NCBI GenBank assembly: GCA_963817385.1
Contig: CAWFOM010000001.1
Span: forward strand, 288,001-352,000
Origin: an uncultured delta proteobacterium
GTDB taxonomy: Bacteria > Desulfobacterota > Syntrophia > Syntrophales > UBA5619
DNA length: 64,000 bases
Reading direction: 5' to 3'
How positions within the stretch are numbered: position 1 is the first letter of the stretch; each line of letters opens with the position of its first letter. The position numbers were made by a program, and so were the translations under genes. Under the pieces are notes generated by a model that made no database searches, was not told where the DNA came from, and was given only the letters and a program-made list of their open reading frames with translations. Of this stretch, positions 29,766 through 40,936 are shown piece by piece.

Positions 29766-30531
29766 GACGGTCCGGGTGGTTGGTAATGATCCCGTCGACG
29801 CCGAGGGCGATGAACCGCGCCATCGCCTTCTGCGTGTTCACGGTCCAGACATGGACGCGGATTCCCCCGGCGTGTGCACGGCGGATGTTTTCCTCATTGA
29901 GCACCGTGGTCCGGCAATTGAGGACGGGGTAGATTGTCCCTCCGCCGGCCTCAGCGGGTTTCATCCAGGGCTTCTCGACGATCAGGGCCACGGGGAGGCG
30001 GGGGTTCCTCTCCCGGATCCTCTCGACGGCGGCGGGATCGAAAGAAGAGAAGAGGACTTGATCCGCCATCACCGCCATCTCGACGACCCGCAGCGTCCGG
30101 TCGGCCAGCTCTTCCATCGTGTAGGGGAAATTCTTCCCTTTTTTGAGCTCGATGTTGACGAGGATCCGGTTGCGGGTCAGCGCCAGGACCTCCGCGAGGG
30201 CCGGGATCCGCTCTCCGGAGAAGCGGGGATCGAACCAGGCGCCCGCGTCCAGACCCCTGAGTTCCGCAAAGGTCTTCCCCGCCACCGTCCCCCTGCCGCT
30301 CGTGGTCCGCTCCAGGGTGTCGTCGTGGATCACGACGACCTCGCCGTCCCGGGTGAGATGGACATCCAGCTCGATCATGTCGCAGCCGGCGTCGATCGCC
30401 GCCCGGAAGGCGGCCAGGGTGTTCTCCGGCGCCTCCCCGGAAAAGCCGCGGTGGGCGGTCACGATAATCGGATACCCCCCCCGCAGCGCATCGCCCGCCT
30501 CGGGAGCACTGTTCATGTATACGCATGCCAT
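29734..30531 (-). CDS. Glycerophosphodiester phosphodiesterase family protein
   Basis: AHRG, PENTLAAF, ELDV and GVDGIITN motifs. Confidence 0.92.
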   Translation of the reverse strand: MACVYMNSAPEAGDALRGGYPIIVTAHRGFSGEAPENTLAAFRAAIDAGCDMIELDVHLTRDGEVVVIHDDTLERTTSGRGTVAGKTFAELRGLDAGAWFDPRFSGERIPALAEVLALTRNRILVNIELKKGKNFPYTMEELADRTLRVVEMAVMADQVLFSSFDPAAVERIRERNPRLPVALIVEKPWMKPAEAGGGTIYPVLNCRTTVLNEENIRRAHAGGIRVHVWTVNTQKAMARFIALGVDGIITNHPDRLIALLQGTTK

Positions 30532-30602
30532 GATGAACCCTCCGCAGATGCAGGGGAAGAATGGATTACCCTTTGCCGGCCCCCCGCCGGATCCGGTAGA
30601 AA

Positions 30603-30680
30603 AGCCGGGTAGATGATAAGCTCCAGGATCGTGGAGGTGATGACGCTTCCCACCGTCGGCGCGGCAATCCATTTCATTAC
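30603..30680 (-). pseudogene. Orphan fragment of a cusA-type C-terminus
   Basis: VMKWIAAPTVGSVITSTILELIIYPA versus VMKRIAAPMVGGVVTSTILELVIYPA at 37191-37269. Confidence 0.8.
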
Positions 30681-31053
30681 GCGGTACCGGCGCCGTTCCA
30701 CCGCCGCGAATTATATTCCCACCTCCTCTTTTTGCAACCCCTTTCCGTGCGAAAAAAAACCGCGCCGAGGATTCTCTGTTTCAGAAAAACGGGTGCCTCG
30801 ATATTTTATCTCCTTTATTTATCGTAACTTAAAGTTTCTCGGCGAGGGCCTTTTCTCCCGCGGCACACGCCTTGCTTAACCGCTAGTGCTGATGGATGGC
30901 GCTACCTTCCGGTACCGGTCATCAGCCAGTCGGGGGGAAATCCCGCTAACCATTGCAGGGAAGGTAAGATCCGGAACGTTGACTTTACGAAACCGATGAC
31001 TATTTTAAGAGTGATTTTACAGTATTAACCTGAATTACGAAAGGAGAAAAACG

Positions 31054-31443
31054 ATGAAGAAAGTGGTCCTGGCGGCAATGGTGTTTTTTTTATTCGGCGG
31101 TTTGGCAATTGCCAAGGATTTTGAGGTAACGAAAAAGGCGGGGGATTACACCGTAGTGGTGGCTATCGACAAGAATCCCCCGGTGACCGGCGACAATAAC
31201 CTATCCGTTTCCGTAAAGGACGGCGGCGGCGCCGATGTCACCGATGCCAAGGTATCCGTAGAGTATTCCATGCCGGCCATGCCCGGGATGCCGGCCATGA
31301 AGTACAATGCCGATGCGGAATTGGCGGGGAAGATCTATAAGACAAAGGTGAACTTTTCCATGTCCGGCTCCTGGAACATGGGCGTCAAGATAGTCCGCGG
31401 CGGCAAGACGGCGCAGGTCAAGTTCACCGTTGACGCGAGGTAG
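31054..31443 (+). CDS. Exported YtkA/FixH-like Met-rich metal-binding protein
   Basis: Signal peptide; SMPAMPGMPAM and MSGSW motifs; leads the efflux operon. Confidence 0.75.
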   Translation: MKKVVLAAMVFFLFGGLAIAKDFEVTKKAGDYTVVVAIDKNPPVTGDNNLSVSVKDGGGADVTDAKVSVEYSMPAMPGMPAMKYNADAELAGKIYKTKVNFSMSGSWNMGVKIVRGGKTAQVKFTVDAR

Positions 31444-31447
31444 GACA

Positions 31448-32806
31448 ATGCCGAAGAGACAGTGGGGCAACTCATGGCAAGGGAGGGAAGCGAAAACGAT
31501 CAGTATGGCTGCTCCGCTCCCGTGGGGTTCCATCTTTTTCCTTGGATTCTGCATCCTGGTTCTCACTGCGGTACGTGGCTTTGCAGAGGAGGGGACCGTG
31601 AAGCTCTCCGAGCTGATCCGGGAGGCCTTAAAGAACAATCCGGAGATCCACGTTGCCGCAGCACGGGAAGAAGCCTCACAGCATAAGATCCCCCAGGCCA
31701 CGTCCCTTGCCGATCCGATGTTCATGATGGGCTATGAAAATGAAGGGACGGACAGCTTTTACAACTTCAACCGGGATACCAAAGGGATGCCCGCTGATTC
31801 ACGGTGGATGTTTTCCCTCTCGCAGATGTTTCCCTATCCGGGGAAGCTTGCCCTCAAGGGGGAGATGGCGGCACGAGACGCGGAAGGCATGAAGGTGATG
31901 GTCGATTCCATGAAGTTGAACACCGTGGTCAGGGTACGGGAACTCTATTACGACCTCTTTGCCACCTATACGACAATCGATCTTCTGAACGATAAGGCGA
32001 CGCTCTTTTCCCGGATTGAAGACGCGGCCGTCGCGCGCTATGCATCGGGTATGGCGCCGCAGCAGGAAGTGTTGATGGCGCAGACGGAAAAATATATGCT
32101 TCTCGAACGGGAAGAGATGGAACGGCAGAAGATCCGCTCCCTCGAGGCGATGCTCAACGCCGCCGTGGGAAGGGACACCAACGCCGCCCTCGGCAGGCCT
32201 GAAAAGCCCCGGGATACACCCTACGGTTACGGTCTCGACCAACTGATCGCGGCCGCCTACGAAAAATACCCGCTGGTCAAATTCCGGGAGAAGATGGTCG
32301 GCAGCGCCGAGGCGAAGCTCAAGATGGCAAAAAGAGAATACTACCCTGATGTTACGGTAGGCGCCAGCTACTTTGCCCGAAGCTCGCAATTTCCGGATAT
32401 GTGGAATCTCACGGCAACGATCAATATCCCCCTTTTCTATAAAACAAAACAGCGGGAGGGGGTGCTGGAGGCTGAGGCCTCCCTCCTGGAGGCGAAAAGG
32501 GAAGTCGAGGCGGCGAAGCTGATGGCCTCGTCCGCCCTGCGGGACAATTTCACCATGCTGAAGTCGACAGAGAGCCTGATGGCACTTTATCGTGAGGGCT
32601 TGATGCCCAAGGCCAACCAGGATTTCGAGCTGGCCCTGGCCGGTTACGTGACCGGCAAGGTTGAGGCGATCACCGTCATTACGAGGCTCAAGTCACTGAT
32701 CGATTATGAACTGTTGTACTGGAGGCAGTTTGCCGACCGGCAAAAGGCCGCGGCAAGGCTGGACGGGCTGGCGGTGATAACGGATTACGGAGCGGACGAA
32801 AAATGA
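31448..32806 (+). CDS. TolC-family outer-membrane efflux protein (CusC-like)
   Basis: EALKNNPEI, SQMFPYPGKL and YYPD motifs; operon context; start uncertain. Confidence 0.85.
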   Translation: MPKRQWGNSWQGREAKTISMAAPLPWGSIFFLGFCILVLTAVRGFAEEGTVKLSELIREALKNNPEIHVAAAREEASQHKIPQATSLADPMFMMGYENEGTDSFYNFNRDTKGMPADSRWMFSLSQMFPYPGKLALKGEMAARDAEGMKVMVDSMKLNTVVRVRELYYDLFATYTTIDLLNDKATLFSRIEDAAVARYASGMAPQQEVLMAQTEKYMLLEREEMERQKIRSLEAMLNAAVGRDTNAALGRPEKPRDTPYGYGLDQLIAAAYEKYPLVKFREKMVGSAEAKLKMAKREYYPDVTVGASYFARSSQFPDMWNLTATINIPLFYKTKQREGVLEAEASLLEAKREVEAAKLMASSALRDNFTMLKSTESLMALYREGLMPKANQDFELALAGYVTGKVEAITVITRLKSLIDYELLYWRQFADRQKAAARLDGLAVITDYGADEK

Positions 32807-34041
32807 AAAAAAGAAACATCACTATCGTTGTTATCTGTTTGCTTGTCGTTATCGGCGCCCTTGCATATCTTTACCGCAGTGAATTGAAAAGCATGGTGAC
32901 GAGGATCGGCCTGTTCACCCCGGCGGCGGAGAACAAACAGGCGGCGGGGCATCAACACGGAGCGCCCCCCGCTCCGGCGGAAACAAAGGAAGCCCCGGCA
33001 CAGGCCGCGCAGCCGGCGGAGACCCCCACCGTCGAGATACCCACGGACAAGCAGCAGATGATCGGCGTCAGGACCGTAAAGGCCGCGATACACCCCATGC
33101 ACCGGGTTATCCGGACGGTCGGACGCATCGAGTTCGATGAGAAGAAACTGGCGACCGCCAATACCAAGATAGAGGGCTGGATAGAAAAGCTCCATGTCGA
33201 TTATGTGGGACGTTACGTACAGAAGGGAGAACCGCTGGCGGAGATATTCAGTCCGGAATTGGTGGCGACGCAGCAGGAGTTTTTGAATACCCTGCGCTGG
33301 GCAAATCAGGGGAAAGGGGTGAAGGATGAACGCACGGCGATGCTCCTTATCAAAGACGCCCAGACCTTGCTGGAAGCGGCAAAAGAGCGGCTGCGGCTAT
33401 GGGACATAAGCGACGAACAGATACAAAAGATCGAAACGACCGGCAAACCGATCAGGACGCTGACCATTTACAGCCCCGCCAGCGGTTATGTCCTCCAGAA
33501 GATGGCGGTCCAGGGCATGCGCGTCATGCCCGGGGAAAAGCTGTTCGATATCGTCGATCTTTCCAGTGTGTGGATCGTCGCGGACATCTACGAGTACGAA
33601 TTGCCGCTCATCAAGGTCGGCCAAATGGCCCGGATCGGTCTCAGCTATTTCTCCGGGAAGGAATTTTCCTCACGGGTGGATTATATCTATCCCTCGTTAG
33701 CGAGCGACACGAGAACCGCCAAGGTGAGATTTACCATCCCCAACCCCGACGGCGCGTTGAAACCCCAGATGTTCACCAACGTGGAGATCAAGATAAATCT
33801 CGGAAACCGGCTCGCCGTGCCGTCCGAGGCGGTCATCGATACGGGGGTGCGGCAGATCGCCTACGTCGACAAGGGCGACGGGTATTTCGAACCGCGTGAG
33901 GTGACGACCGGTCTCAAGGTCGACGATCTCGTCGAAGTGACGGGCGGAATCAAGGCGGGAGAGAAGGTTGCATCATCGGCCAACTTCCTGATCGATTCGG
34001 AAGCCCAGTTGAAAGGCATTGCCCCGTTAAAGAGAAAATAG
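32803..34041 (+). CDS. cusB: RND periplasmic adaptor, CusB-like
   Basis: GWIEKL, SPELVATQQE, LKPQM and FLIDSE motifs. Confidence 0.9.
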   Translation: MKKRNITIVVICLLVVIGALAYLYRSELKSMVTRIGLFTPAAENKQAAGHQHGAPPAPAETKEAPAQAAQPAETPTVEIPTDKQQMIGVRTVKAAIHPMHRVIRTVGRIEFDEKKLATANTKIEGWIEKLHVDYVGRYVQKGEPLAEIFSPELVATQQEFLNTLRWANQGKGVKDERTAMLLIKDAQTLLEAAKERLRLWDISDEQIQKIETTGKPIRTLTIYSPASGYVLQKMAVQGMRVMPGEKLFDIVDLSSVWIVADIYEYELPLIKVGQMARIGLSYFSGKEFSSRVDYIYPSLASDTRTAKVRFTIPNPDGALKPQMFTNVEIKINLGNRLAVPSEAVIDTGVRQIAYVDKGDGYFEPREVTTGLKVDDLVEVTGGIKAGEKVASSANFLIDSEAQLKGIAPLKRK

Positions 34042-34126
34042 GCGGAGCGGCCGGGTAGAACCGTAGCAGGCGAAAACAAAAACCGCATCCTCAACAGAGA
34101 ACACGAACGGAGTCGGCTGGGCAAAC

Positions 34127-37100
34127 ATGATTGCGAAAATAATCGATTACAGCGCGCGGAATAAATTCATCATCTTCCTTCTGGTAGTTGCCTTGGCTGT
34201 CTGGGGATACTGGGCATTGACGAAAACGCCCCTGGACGCCCTTCCCGACCTGAGCGATACGCAGGTCATCATCTATACGGAGTGGCAGGGCCGGAGCCCC
34301 GATCTGGTGGAAGACCAGATCACCTATCCGATTACTTCCACACTGCTGGCGGCGCCGAAAGTCCAGTTCGTCCGGGGATTTTCCTTCCTGGGAAGTTCTT
34401 TCATCTACGTCATTTTCGATGAAGGAACGGACATCTACTGGGCGAGAAGCCGGGTACTGGAGTACCTGCAGGCGGTGAAGGCCAAGATCCCCGCCGACGT
34501 CAATCCCGTTTTGGGTCCCGACGCCACGGCCGTCGGCTGGGGCTTTTCCTACGCGGTGGTCGACAAGACGGGCGGGCACGACCTGGCGGAGCTCCGCACC
34601 ATTCAGGACTATAACGTAAAGCTGGCCATCGAGAGCGTGCCCGGCGTATCACAGGTGGCAAGCCTCGGCGGATTTGTCAAACAGTACCAGATAACCATCG
34701 ATCCCAACCGGCTGCTGGCCTACAACATCCCCCTGATGGCGGTGATGGAGGCCGTAAGAAAGAGCAACCGCGACGTGGAAGGCCGGGTTCTGGAGTTTTC
34801 CGGGATCGAATACATGATCCGGGGACGCGGCTATATTAAAGGCCTGAAGGATCTGGCCGAGATCGCGGTCAGCGCGGATGGCCGGGGGACGCCGGTCCTT
34901 CTGAAGGATGTGGCCGACATCAGGCTCGGGCCGGAGATCCGACGGGGATTGGCGGAAATCGACGGCCAGGGCGAAGTGGCGGCCGGGATCGTCGTGGTGA
35001 GATTCGGGGAAAACGTCCTCAACGTCATCGAACGGGTCAAGGAGAGGATCAAAAATGATATCGTCCCCAGCCTGCCCAAAGGGGTGGAGATTGTCACCAC
35101 CTACGACCGCTCCGACCTTATCGAGCGCTCCATCGATACCTTAAAGGAAGAGATCATCAAGCTGTCGATCGCGGTGAGCGTGGTCTGCATCGTCTTTCTC
35201 TTTCATCTGCCCAGCGCTTTAGTGGTGATTCTGACGCTCCCCATTGCCATCCTCATCTCCTTCATCTGCATGTATTATCTGGGGCTTACGTCCAACGTCA
35301 TGAGTTTGAGCGGCATCGCCATCGCGATCGGCGCCATGGTGGACGCCTCCATCATCATGGTGGAAAACGCCCATAAAAAACTGGAGGAGTGGGAGGAGAA
35401 GGGCAGGCCCGGAAGCCGGACGGATGTCATCATCGAGGCCGCCCAAGAGGTTGGTCCTTCGCTTTTCTTTGCGCTTCTCGTCATCAGCGTCGGGTTTCTT
35501 CCCGTCTTCACCCTGCAGGCGCAGGCGGGAAGGCTGTTCAAGCCCCTGGCCTATACCAAGACCTTCGCCATGCTCTTTTCCTCGTTTCTGGCCGATTACG
35601 CTGACCCCGGTCCTGATGACCTTGTTTGTCCGGGGGAAGATTCGGCATGAGGACAGAAACCCGATCAGCATCGTCCTGCGCAAGCTCTACGAGCCGGTGG
35701 CGGCCGTATCGCTCCGCTTCCGGAAGAGCGTCATTGTTATCGCCCTGATCATTATGGCCTTTACCGCCTATCCCTTCATGAAACTGGGATCGGAATTCAT
35801 GCCGCCGCTTTACGAAGGGACCCTTTTCTACATGCCCGTTACGGTGCCCGCGGCGGGGATCACGGAAGTCTCGAAGTTGCTGCAGCTGCAGGACAGGCTG
35901 CTGAAGAAGTTCCCCGAGGTGGCTCTAGTTTTCGGCAAGGCAGGGCGGGCGGAAACAGCCACCGATCCGGCGCCGCTGGAGATGTTCGAGACGGTCATCA
36001 ACCTGAAGCCGGAGGCGCAGTGGCGGCCGGGAATGACCGTGGAGGCTCTGAAGAACGAGATGAACGACGCCCTCTCCATACCGGGGGTGGCCAATTCCTT
36101 CACCATGCCCATCAAGGCGCGGACGGACATGCTCTCCACGGGCATCCGGACGCCCGTGGGGATCAAGGTGCTGGGCCCCAATCTCGATCAGTTGGAGAAG
36201 ATCGGCAAGGAGATAGAGAATGCCGTGAAGGACGTCCCCGGCACCCGAAGCGCCTATGCGGAACGGGTGACGACCGGATATTTCCTCGATTTCAATATCA
36301 ACCGCAAAGAGATCGCCCGTTACGGGTTGAGCGTGGACGATGTGCAGGAGATTGTCCAGACGGCCGTGGGAGGGATGAACCTGACCACCACCGTGGAAGG
36401 CAGGCAGCGGTATCCCGTCAATGTGCGGTATGCGCGGGAGCTGAGAAATGATGTGGAAAAGCTCAAAAGGGTGCTGGTGCCCGTGAAGATCGGCGCCCCG
36501 TCATCCGGGAGCTCAATGGGAATGGGCGGACCGTCCACGGGCGGCGCCCGGTCCCTCGCCCAGGTGCCGATGGGGCAGCTTGCCGACATCAGGATCGTCA
36601 AGGGGCCGACGGCCATCAAGAGTGAGGAGGGGCTCCTTTCACTGTATGTCTACGTCGATTTTTCCGGCCGGGATGTAGGCGGGTACGTGGACGACGCCAA
36701 GAAAACGGTGGCCTCCCTGAAGATACCCGACGGCTACCGCCTGGAGTGGAGCGGCGAATACGAGTATCTGGTGAAAACGCATGAACGGCTGAAGGTGGTT
36801 CTGCCGCTCACGGCCCTGATCATCTTCGTCCTGATCTTTCTCAACACCGCGAGCATCACCAAAACCATGATCGTTCTTCTGGCCGTGCCATTTTCACTGG
36901 TCGGATCATTCTGGCTGCTTTATCTGCTCGGCTACAACATGAGCATCGCCGTCTGGGTGGGCATCATCGCCCTCGCGGGGCTGGATGCGGAAACGGGTGT
37001 CGTCATGCTCCTCTACCTCGATCTTGCCCATGAAAAATGGCGCAAGGAGGGGAAATTGAGGAACCTGCAGGATCTCAGAGAATCCGTCATGTACGGCGCC

Positions 37101-37328
37101 GTCAAGAGGATACGGCCCAAGCTGATGACGGTCAGCGTCATCCTGGCCGGCCTTATCCCCATCATGTTCAGCCACGGCACCGGCGCCGACGTGATGAAAC
37201 GGATCGCCGCGCCGATGGTCGGCGGCGTCGTCACTTCCACCATCCTCGAGCTGGTGATCTATCCCGCCATCTATATGATCTGGCGAGGGAGGGAGTTTAA
37301 AGCGGTTAAGGAAAAGACCAGCAATTAA
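34127..37328 (+). CDS. cusA: Heavy-metal RND permease CusA; frameshift near 35593
   Basis: DALPDLSDTQVI, GSEFMPPL, DPAPLEMFET and RIAAPMVGG motifs; split across ORFs 34127-35650 and 35424-37328. Confidence 0.93.
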
Positions 37329-37363
37329 AACTGGGCTTGAAGATTTGAGGCACCCCCCGGCCA

Positions 37364-37585
37364 ATGATCATTGTAACCAATCCCGAAAAAGCCCGCTATA
37401 ACCGCATTGCGCTTTTCTATCATTTCCTCGATGTGATCCCCGAGCTGATATTTAAACCTTGGCGAAAAATGCTTCTCGTCAAAACAAAGGGAAAGATACT
37501 GGAAATCGGGGGTGGGTTAAGGGAAGAATTCCCCCCCACTACCCCCCGTGAACCCTGCATCACCGGTATTGATATTTGCGATTGA
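37364..37585 (+). pseudogene. Truncated class I SAM methyltransferase
   Basis: RYNRIA.FY...WRKML...GKILEIG.G then a frameshift, ITGID and truncation. Confidence 0.7.
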
Positions 37586-37591
37586 TGGATA

Positions 37592-39130
37592 TTACAGTTT
37601 CGGCACCGGAAACAATACTCCTCCGAAGATAAGCCAGGCCAACAAGAGCGTCCAGAAGACATTGAACGCCTGGGCAATCAGGAAGGCAGCGGCCGGCCGG
37701 CCGCCATCCATTTTGGTCAGATCCCTGATATTGGTATCCAGGCCGATGCAGGTGAAGGCCAAAGCAAACCACCAGGTTCTGAGGCCGCTCAGGATGCCCT
37801 TGGTCGCGGCGACGAGCTCATGATTGATCTGGAAGGAGAAGACCGCGGAAAGGATGATAAATCCCAGGACAAATTTCGGGAAACGATACCAGATCTCCAT
37901 CAGCGTCGGCTTCTCCCCGCCCGAAACATCTTCCGCCTTTTTGAAGGTCCAAACGATCGCCAAAATGAAGGCAACAAAACCAATGAGCACATTTTGGGAC
38001 ATCTTGACGATTACCCCTGCCTTCATGGCCGTTTCGCTGATCATCTCGCCGGCGGCAACGACGGACCCGCTCGTATCCAGAGTCCCGCCCAGCCACGCGC
38101 CGGCCACGATATCGGGAAAACCGAAATACTTTGAGACGACAGGCATCACTACCAGCATCGGAACGGAACAGAGGAGTACCAGCGATGTGACGTAGCTGAG
38201 TTTCTTCGGATCGCCTTTGATCGCCCCTGATATGGCGATGGCTGCCGAGACACCGCATATCGATACGGAACTGGAAAGGACGGCCGCAAACTTCTCGTCG
38301 ACTTTCATCTTCACGGCCAGCCAATAGCAGACATACCAGACGATGCCCACCACCAGGAGGGCCTGGAAAATTCCATAGGCGCCCGCGGTGATGATTTCAC
38401 CGATGATGATGCCCGAACCGAGGATCACCAGGCCGGTTTTGATATAAAATTCAGTTCTGACCGCAGGTTTCAGCCATGCCGGTACTCCTATGACGTTGCT
38501 GATCAGCAAACCGATGATGAGGCACCAGAGAACGTATTCCAGGCCAAAATAGTTGATTGTATAGTTGCCGGCAATAAGCAGTGCTCCCCACGTCAGTGTG
38601 AAAACGAAGATAAAACCGCCGATAGCCTTCAGGGCCGGTTTTCCCATCAGAGCAAAGGCAACCAGTGAGACGAGAAGGTAGAGGAGACCGATGGAAGCGG
38701 TCTGCCGGATGCTTCCGCCCGAAATGACCCTGCCGGGGAGAGCCTCAACCTGGGTTGCGATGCTCTTGCTCAGTGCCGCGGCCCTTTTCCTGAGGGCCTC
38801 GTCCTTGATATCTTTGATCCCGGCCAAGCTCTTGACCGTACCTCCGATTGCTTTGCGGTCCTTACCGTCAAAAGCAACTCTTACTGAAACAGCCTGAGCT
38901 GCAAGTGTCTTTTCCCCTTTTTCTTCGGCAGTCACGATAAGTTTGTCGAGGGAAGGAGTCGTTTTAGAAATGAAACTTGCCAATTCACCCTCTGTCGTCC
39001 AGCGGAACGAGGGCGTTTTCAAGCTCAGGCCGAATAGAACCAGGGTTATAATGATAAATCCTACCCAGACCGCGAGCCAATCCTCCGTTCTCCACAATTC
39101 TCTCCACTGATTCTCTTTGCCCGCACTCAT
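37592..39130 (-). CDS. YeiH / putative sulfate exporter family membrane protein
   Basis: EDWLAVW, EFYIKTGLV, SICGVSAAIA and RFPKFVLG motifs. Confidence 0.85.
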   Translation of the reverse strand: MSAGKENQWRELWRTEDWLAVWVGFIIITLVLFGLSLKTPSFRWTTEGELASFISKTTPSLDKLIVTAEEKGEKTLAAQAVSVRVAFDGKDRKAIGGTVKSLAGIKDIKDEALRKRAAALSKSIATQVEALPGRVISGGSIRQTASIGLLYLLVSLVAFALMGKPALKAIGGFIFVFTLTWGALLIAGNYTINYFGLEYVLWCLIIGLLISNVIGVPAWLKPAVRTEFYIKTGLVILGSGIIIGEIITAGAYGIFQALLVVGIVWYVCYWLAVKMKVDEKFAAVLSSSVSICGVSAAIAISGAIKGDPKKLSYVTSLVLLCSVPMLVVMPVVSKYFGFPDIVAGAWLGGTLDTSGSVVAAGEMISETAMKAGVIVKMSQNVLIGFVAFILAIVWTFKKAEDVSGGEKPTLMEIWYRFPKFVLGFIILSAVFSFQINHELVAATKGILSGLRTWWFALAFTCIGLDTNIRDLTKMDGGRPAAAFLIAQAFNVFWTLLLAWLIFGGVLFPVPKL

Positions 39131-39233
39131 AAGAAATCTCCTTCCTCTCAATCAATCTTCAATCGCTGTATTGTCTATTAAGCCCATCTTAATAGTGGTA
39201 TTTATGCACAAAAAAATTACCGGTTTTGTTTCT

Positions 39234-39461
39234 TCAATCCTCTCCCTTTTCCAACTCCAGGATGTAGTACCCCTCCGGCATCTCCTTCAGAGCGAGCAGG
39301 CGATGTCCTTCCGCTTTGAGGCTCCGCGGGACATTCTTGACCGCCTCGCCGTCATCGAGCAGGATCTGCACCCTCTCGCCGGTCTCGAACTCCTCAAGCG
39401 CCAACTTCGCCCTGACGAAATTGGCAGGGCAACAAACGCCTCGCAAATCCACCGTGTGCAT
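39234..39461 (-). CDS. TusA-family sulfur carrier
   Basis: DLRGVCCPANFV motif. Confidence 0.9.
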   Translation of the reverse strand: MHTVDLRGVCCPANFVRAKLALEEFETGERVQILLDDGEAVKNVPRSLKAEGHRLLALKEMPEGYYILELEKGED

Positions 39462-39546
39462 TAATCACCGTCCTTTTTCCTGAATCCGCACTACGTCATT
39501 GGGAAATGTATCCCCCCTGACACCACCAGGGAGAATCCACCCACTG

Positions 39547-40533
39547 CTACCACCGCTTTCCGATCTGCGTATCGATCACCTGGGGGGGGATCGTTGTATC
39601 CACAACGTACTCCGGAAACTGGCATCTCAGGTCGCCAAGCAGGCCCTCGGTTCCTTTCTTGAGGATGACGTCTCCCAACCGGATCCTCCCCAGCCCTTCC
39701 GAATTTTCCCGATACCACGCGAGAACCGCAGCGATGAAATCCACGACCTTCTCCTCGGGAAGGAATGTCGCAAAAAGGGTCCCTATCAGCGGATTTCTGC
39801 CCCACTTGCCGCCGATGCGAACCGTGTATCCGCTTTTTTCCGCTTTCCACGCCTCACTCGGGCAGACCTTGATGCAGTCGCCGCAATAAATGCATCGCTC
39901 CGGGACGAGAACCGGCTGATCATCCTCCCCCGCGCGGATGGCGCCGACCGTGCACGTCTTGACGCACAACCCGCATTCGATACAGGCCTCCCCGTCGAAT
40001 GCCGGGAGGACGGCCCCCTGGAAACCGACATCGTTCGTCGCCGATTTGGGGCAATCGGAAGGGCAACCGGCGAATCCGACCTTGAACTTGTGATGACCGG
40101 TTTCGATGCCGAACAGTGTGGCGTCGACCTCGAGCGCCGATTTCTGTGTATCCATCAGACCTCTGGGATTATACTCGCAGCCGCCGCAGGCGACCGGCAC
40201 GCGGACCCGGGCGCCGCAGGAGGCGACTTTCTGCCGGACATCGCCCAGCTCTTCGGCCACGTCGTTGATGTGTTTGAAATCCACATGGACCAGTTCAATC
40301 GATTGCCGCACCGACAGATGGACAAACTCTCCGCCGTATTTTTCCGCCACTTCGGCGATCTTTTTCAGCCGGGAGACGGCCATTCTTCCGCCGGGCACCC
40401 TCAGCCGGACGGAAAACAGGTCTTTCCCCAGTTCCTTGATAAAACCGCCCGCCTTGAGTTGATTTAAATCGACGCAGGACTTCTCCGATTGCTCGAACAT
40501 AACAGCCTCATCTTTCAATAGATCTTTAGTCAT
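39547..40533 (-). CDS. Sulfite reductase-like 4Fe-4S protein (AsrC/DsrB-type fold)
   Basis: SVRLRVPGG, RQSIE, GCPSDC, two CxxCxxCxxxC motifs and GGKWGR. Confidence 0.8.
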   Translation of the reverse strand: MTKDLLKDEAVMFEQSEKSCVDLNQLKAGGFIKELGKDLFSVRLRVPGGRMAVSRLKKIAEVAEKYGGEFVHLSVRQSIELVHVDFKHINDVAEELGDVRQKVASCGARVRVPVACGGCEYNPRGLMDTQKSALEVDATLFGIETGHHKFKVGFAGCPSDCPKSATNDVGFQGAVLPAFDGEACIECGLCVKTCTVGAIRAGEDDQPVLVPERCIYCGDCIKVCPSEAWKAEKSGYTVRIGGKWGRNPLIGTLFATFLPEEKVVDFIAAVLAWYRENSEGLGRIRLGDVILKKGTEGLLGDLRCQFPEYVVDTTIPPQVIDTQIGKRW

Positions 40534-40936
40534 GGATAATTCTCAACTCCTCAGAACCGACCTTTCTCTCGGCAATCTTGAAAGAGCGGACTTCCGGTGT
40601 GGACGCATCGGCCAACGAAACGATCACATACGAAATATCGGGCGTCAATGCAAGCCGGATATCTTCGTCCGAGGGTCTGGCCGGCGTTGCCGGGTGCGAA
40701 TGATAGACTGCCAGCATCTCCAGTTCCCGAAAGCGCAACTCCTTCACGACCGAAAACTGCTCCCGCGGTTCCATCATGAAATGGTCACCGCTGGCGTCGG
40801 TATTGGTCATGGGATAGATTGCCGAAACGACATCCCCTTTCCCCCCGAGAATCCCGCAGACCTCAAGGGGAAATCCATCGCGGGCCTGGGTGATCATCCG
40901 CTCGTAAATATTCTGTGGTAGCTCAAGCATGCTCAT
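40526..40936 (-). CDS. JAB/MPN+ (M67) metallopeptidase
   Basis: EVCG...YHSHP...PSDED JAMM motif. Confidence 0.92.
   Translation of the reverse strand: MSMLELPQNIYERMITQARDGFPLEVCGILGGKGDVVSAIYPMTNTDASGDHFMMEPREQFSVVKELRFRELEMLAVYHSHPATPARPSDEDIRLALTPDISYVIVSLADASTPEVRSFKIAERKVGSEELRIIHD

Noticed and set aside
30841..30970. Possible fluoride riboswitch (AACCGC...GCTGATG) or structured leader before the cus operon
   Set aside because: Lacks the GGxGATGG/TCxCC P1 and pseudoknot complementarity; the 8-bp inverted repeat alone is insufficient.
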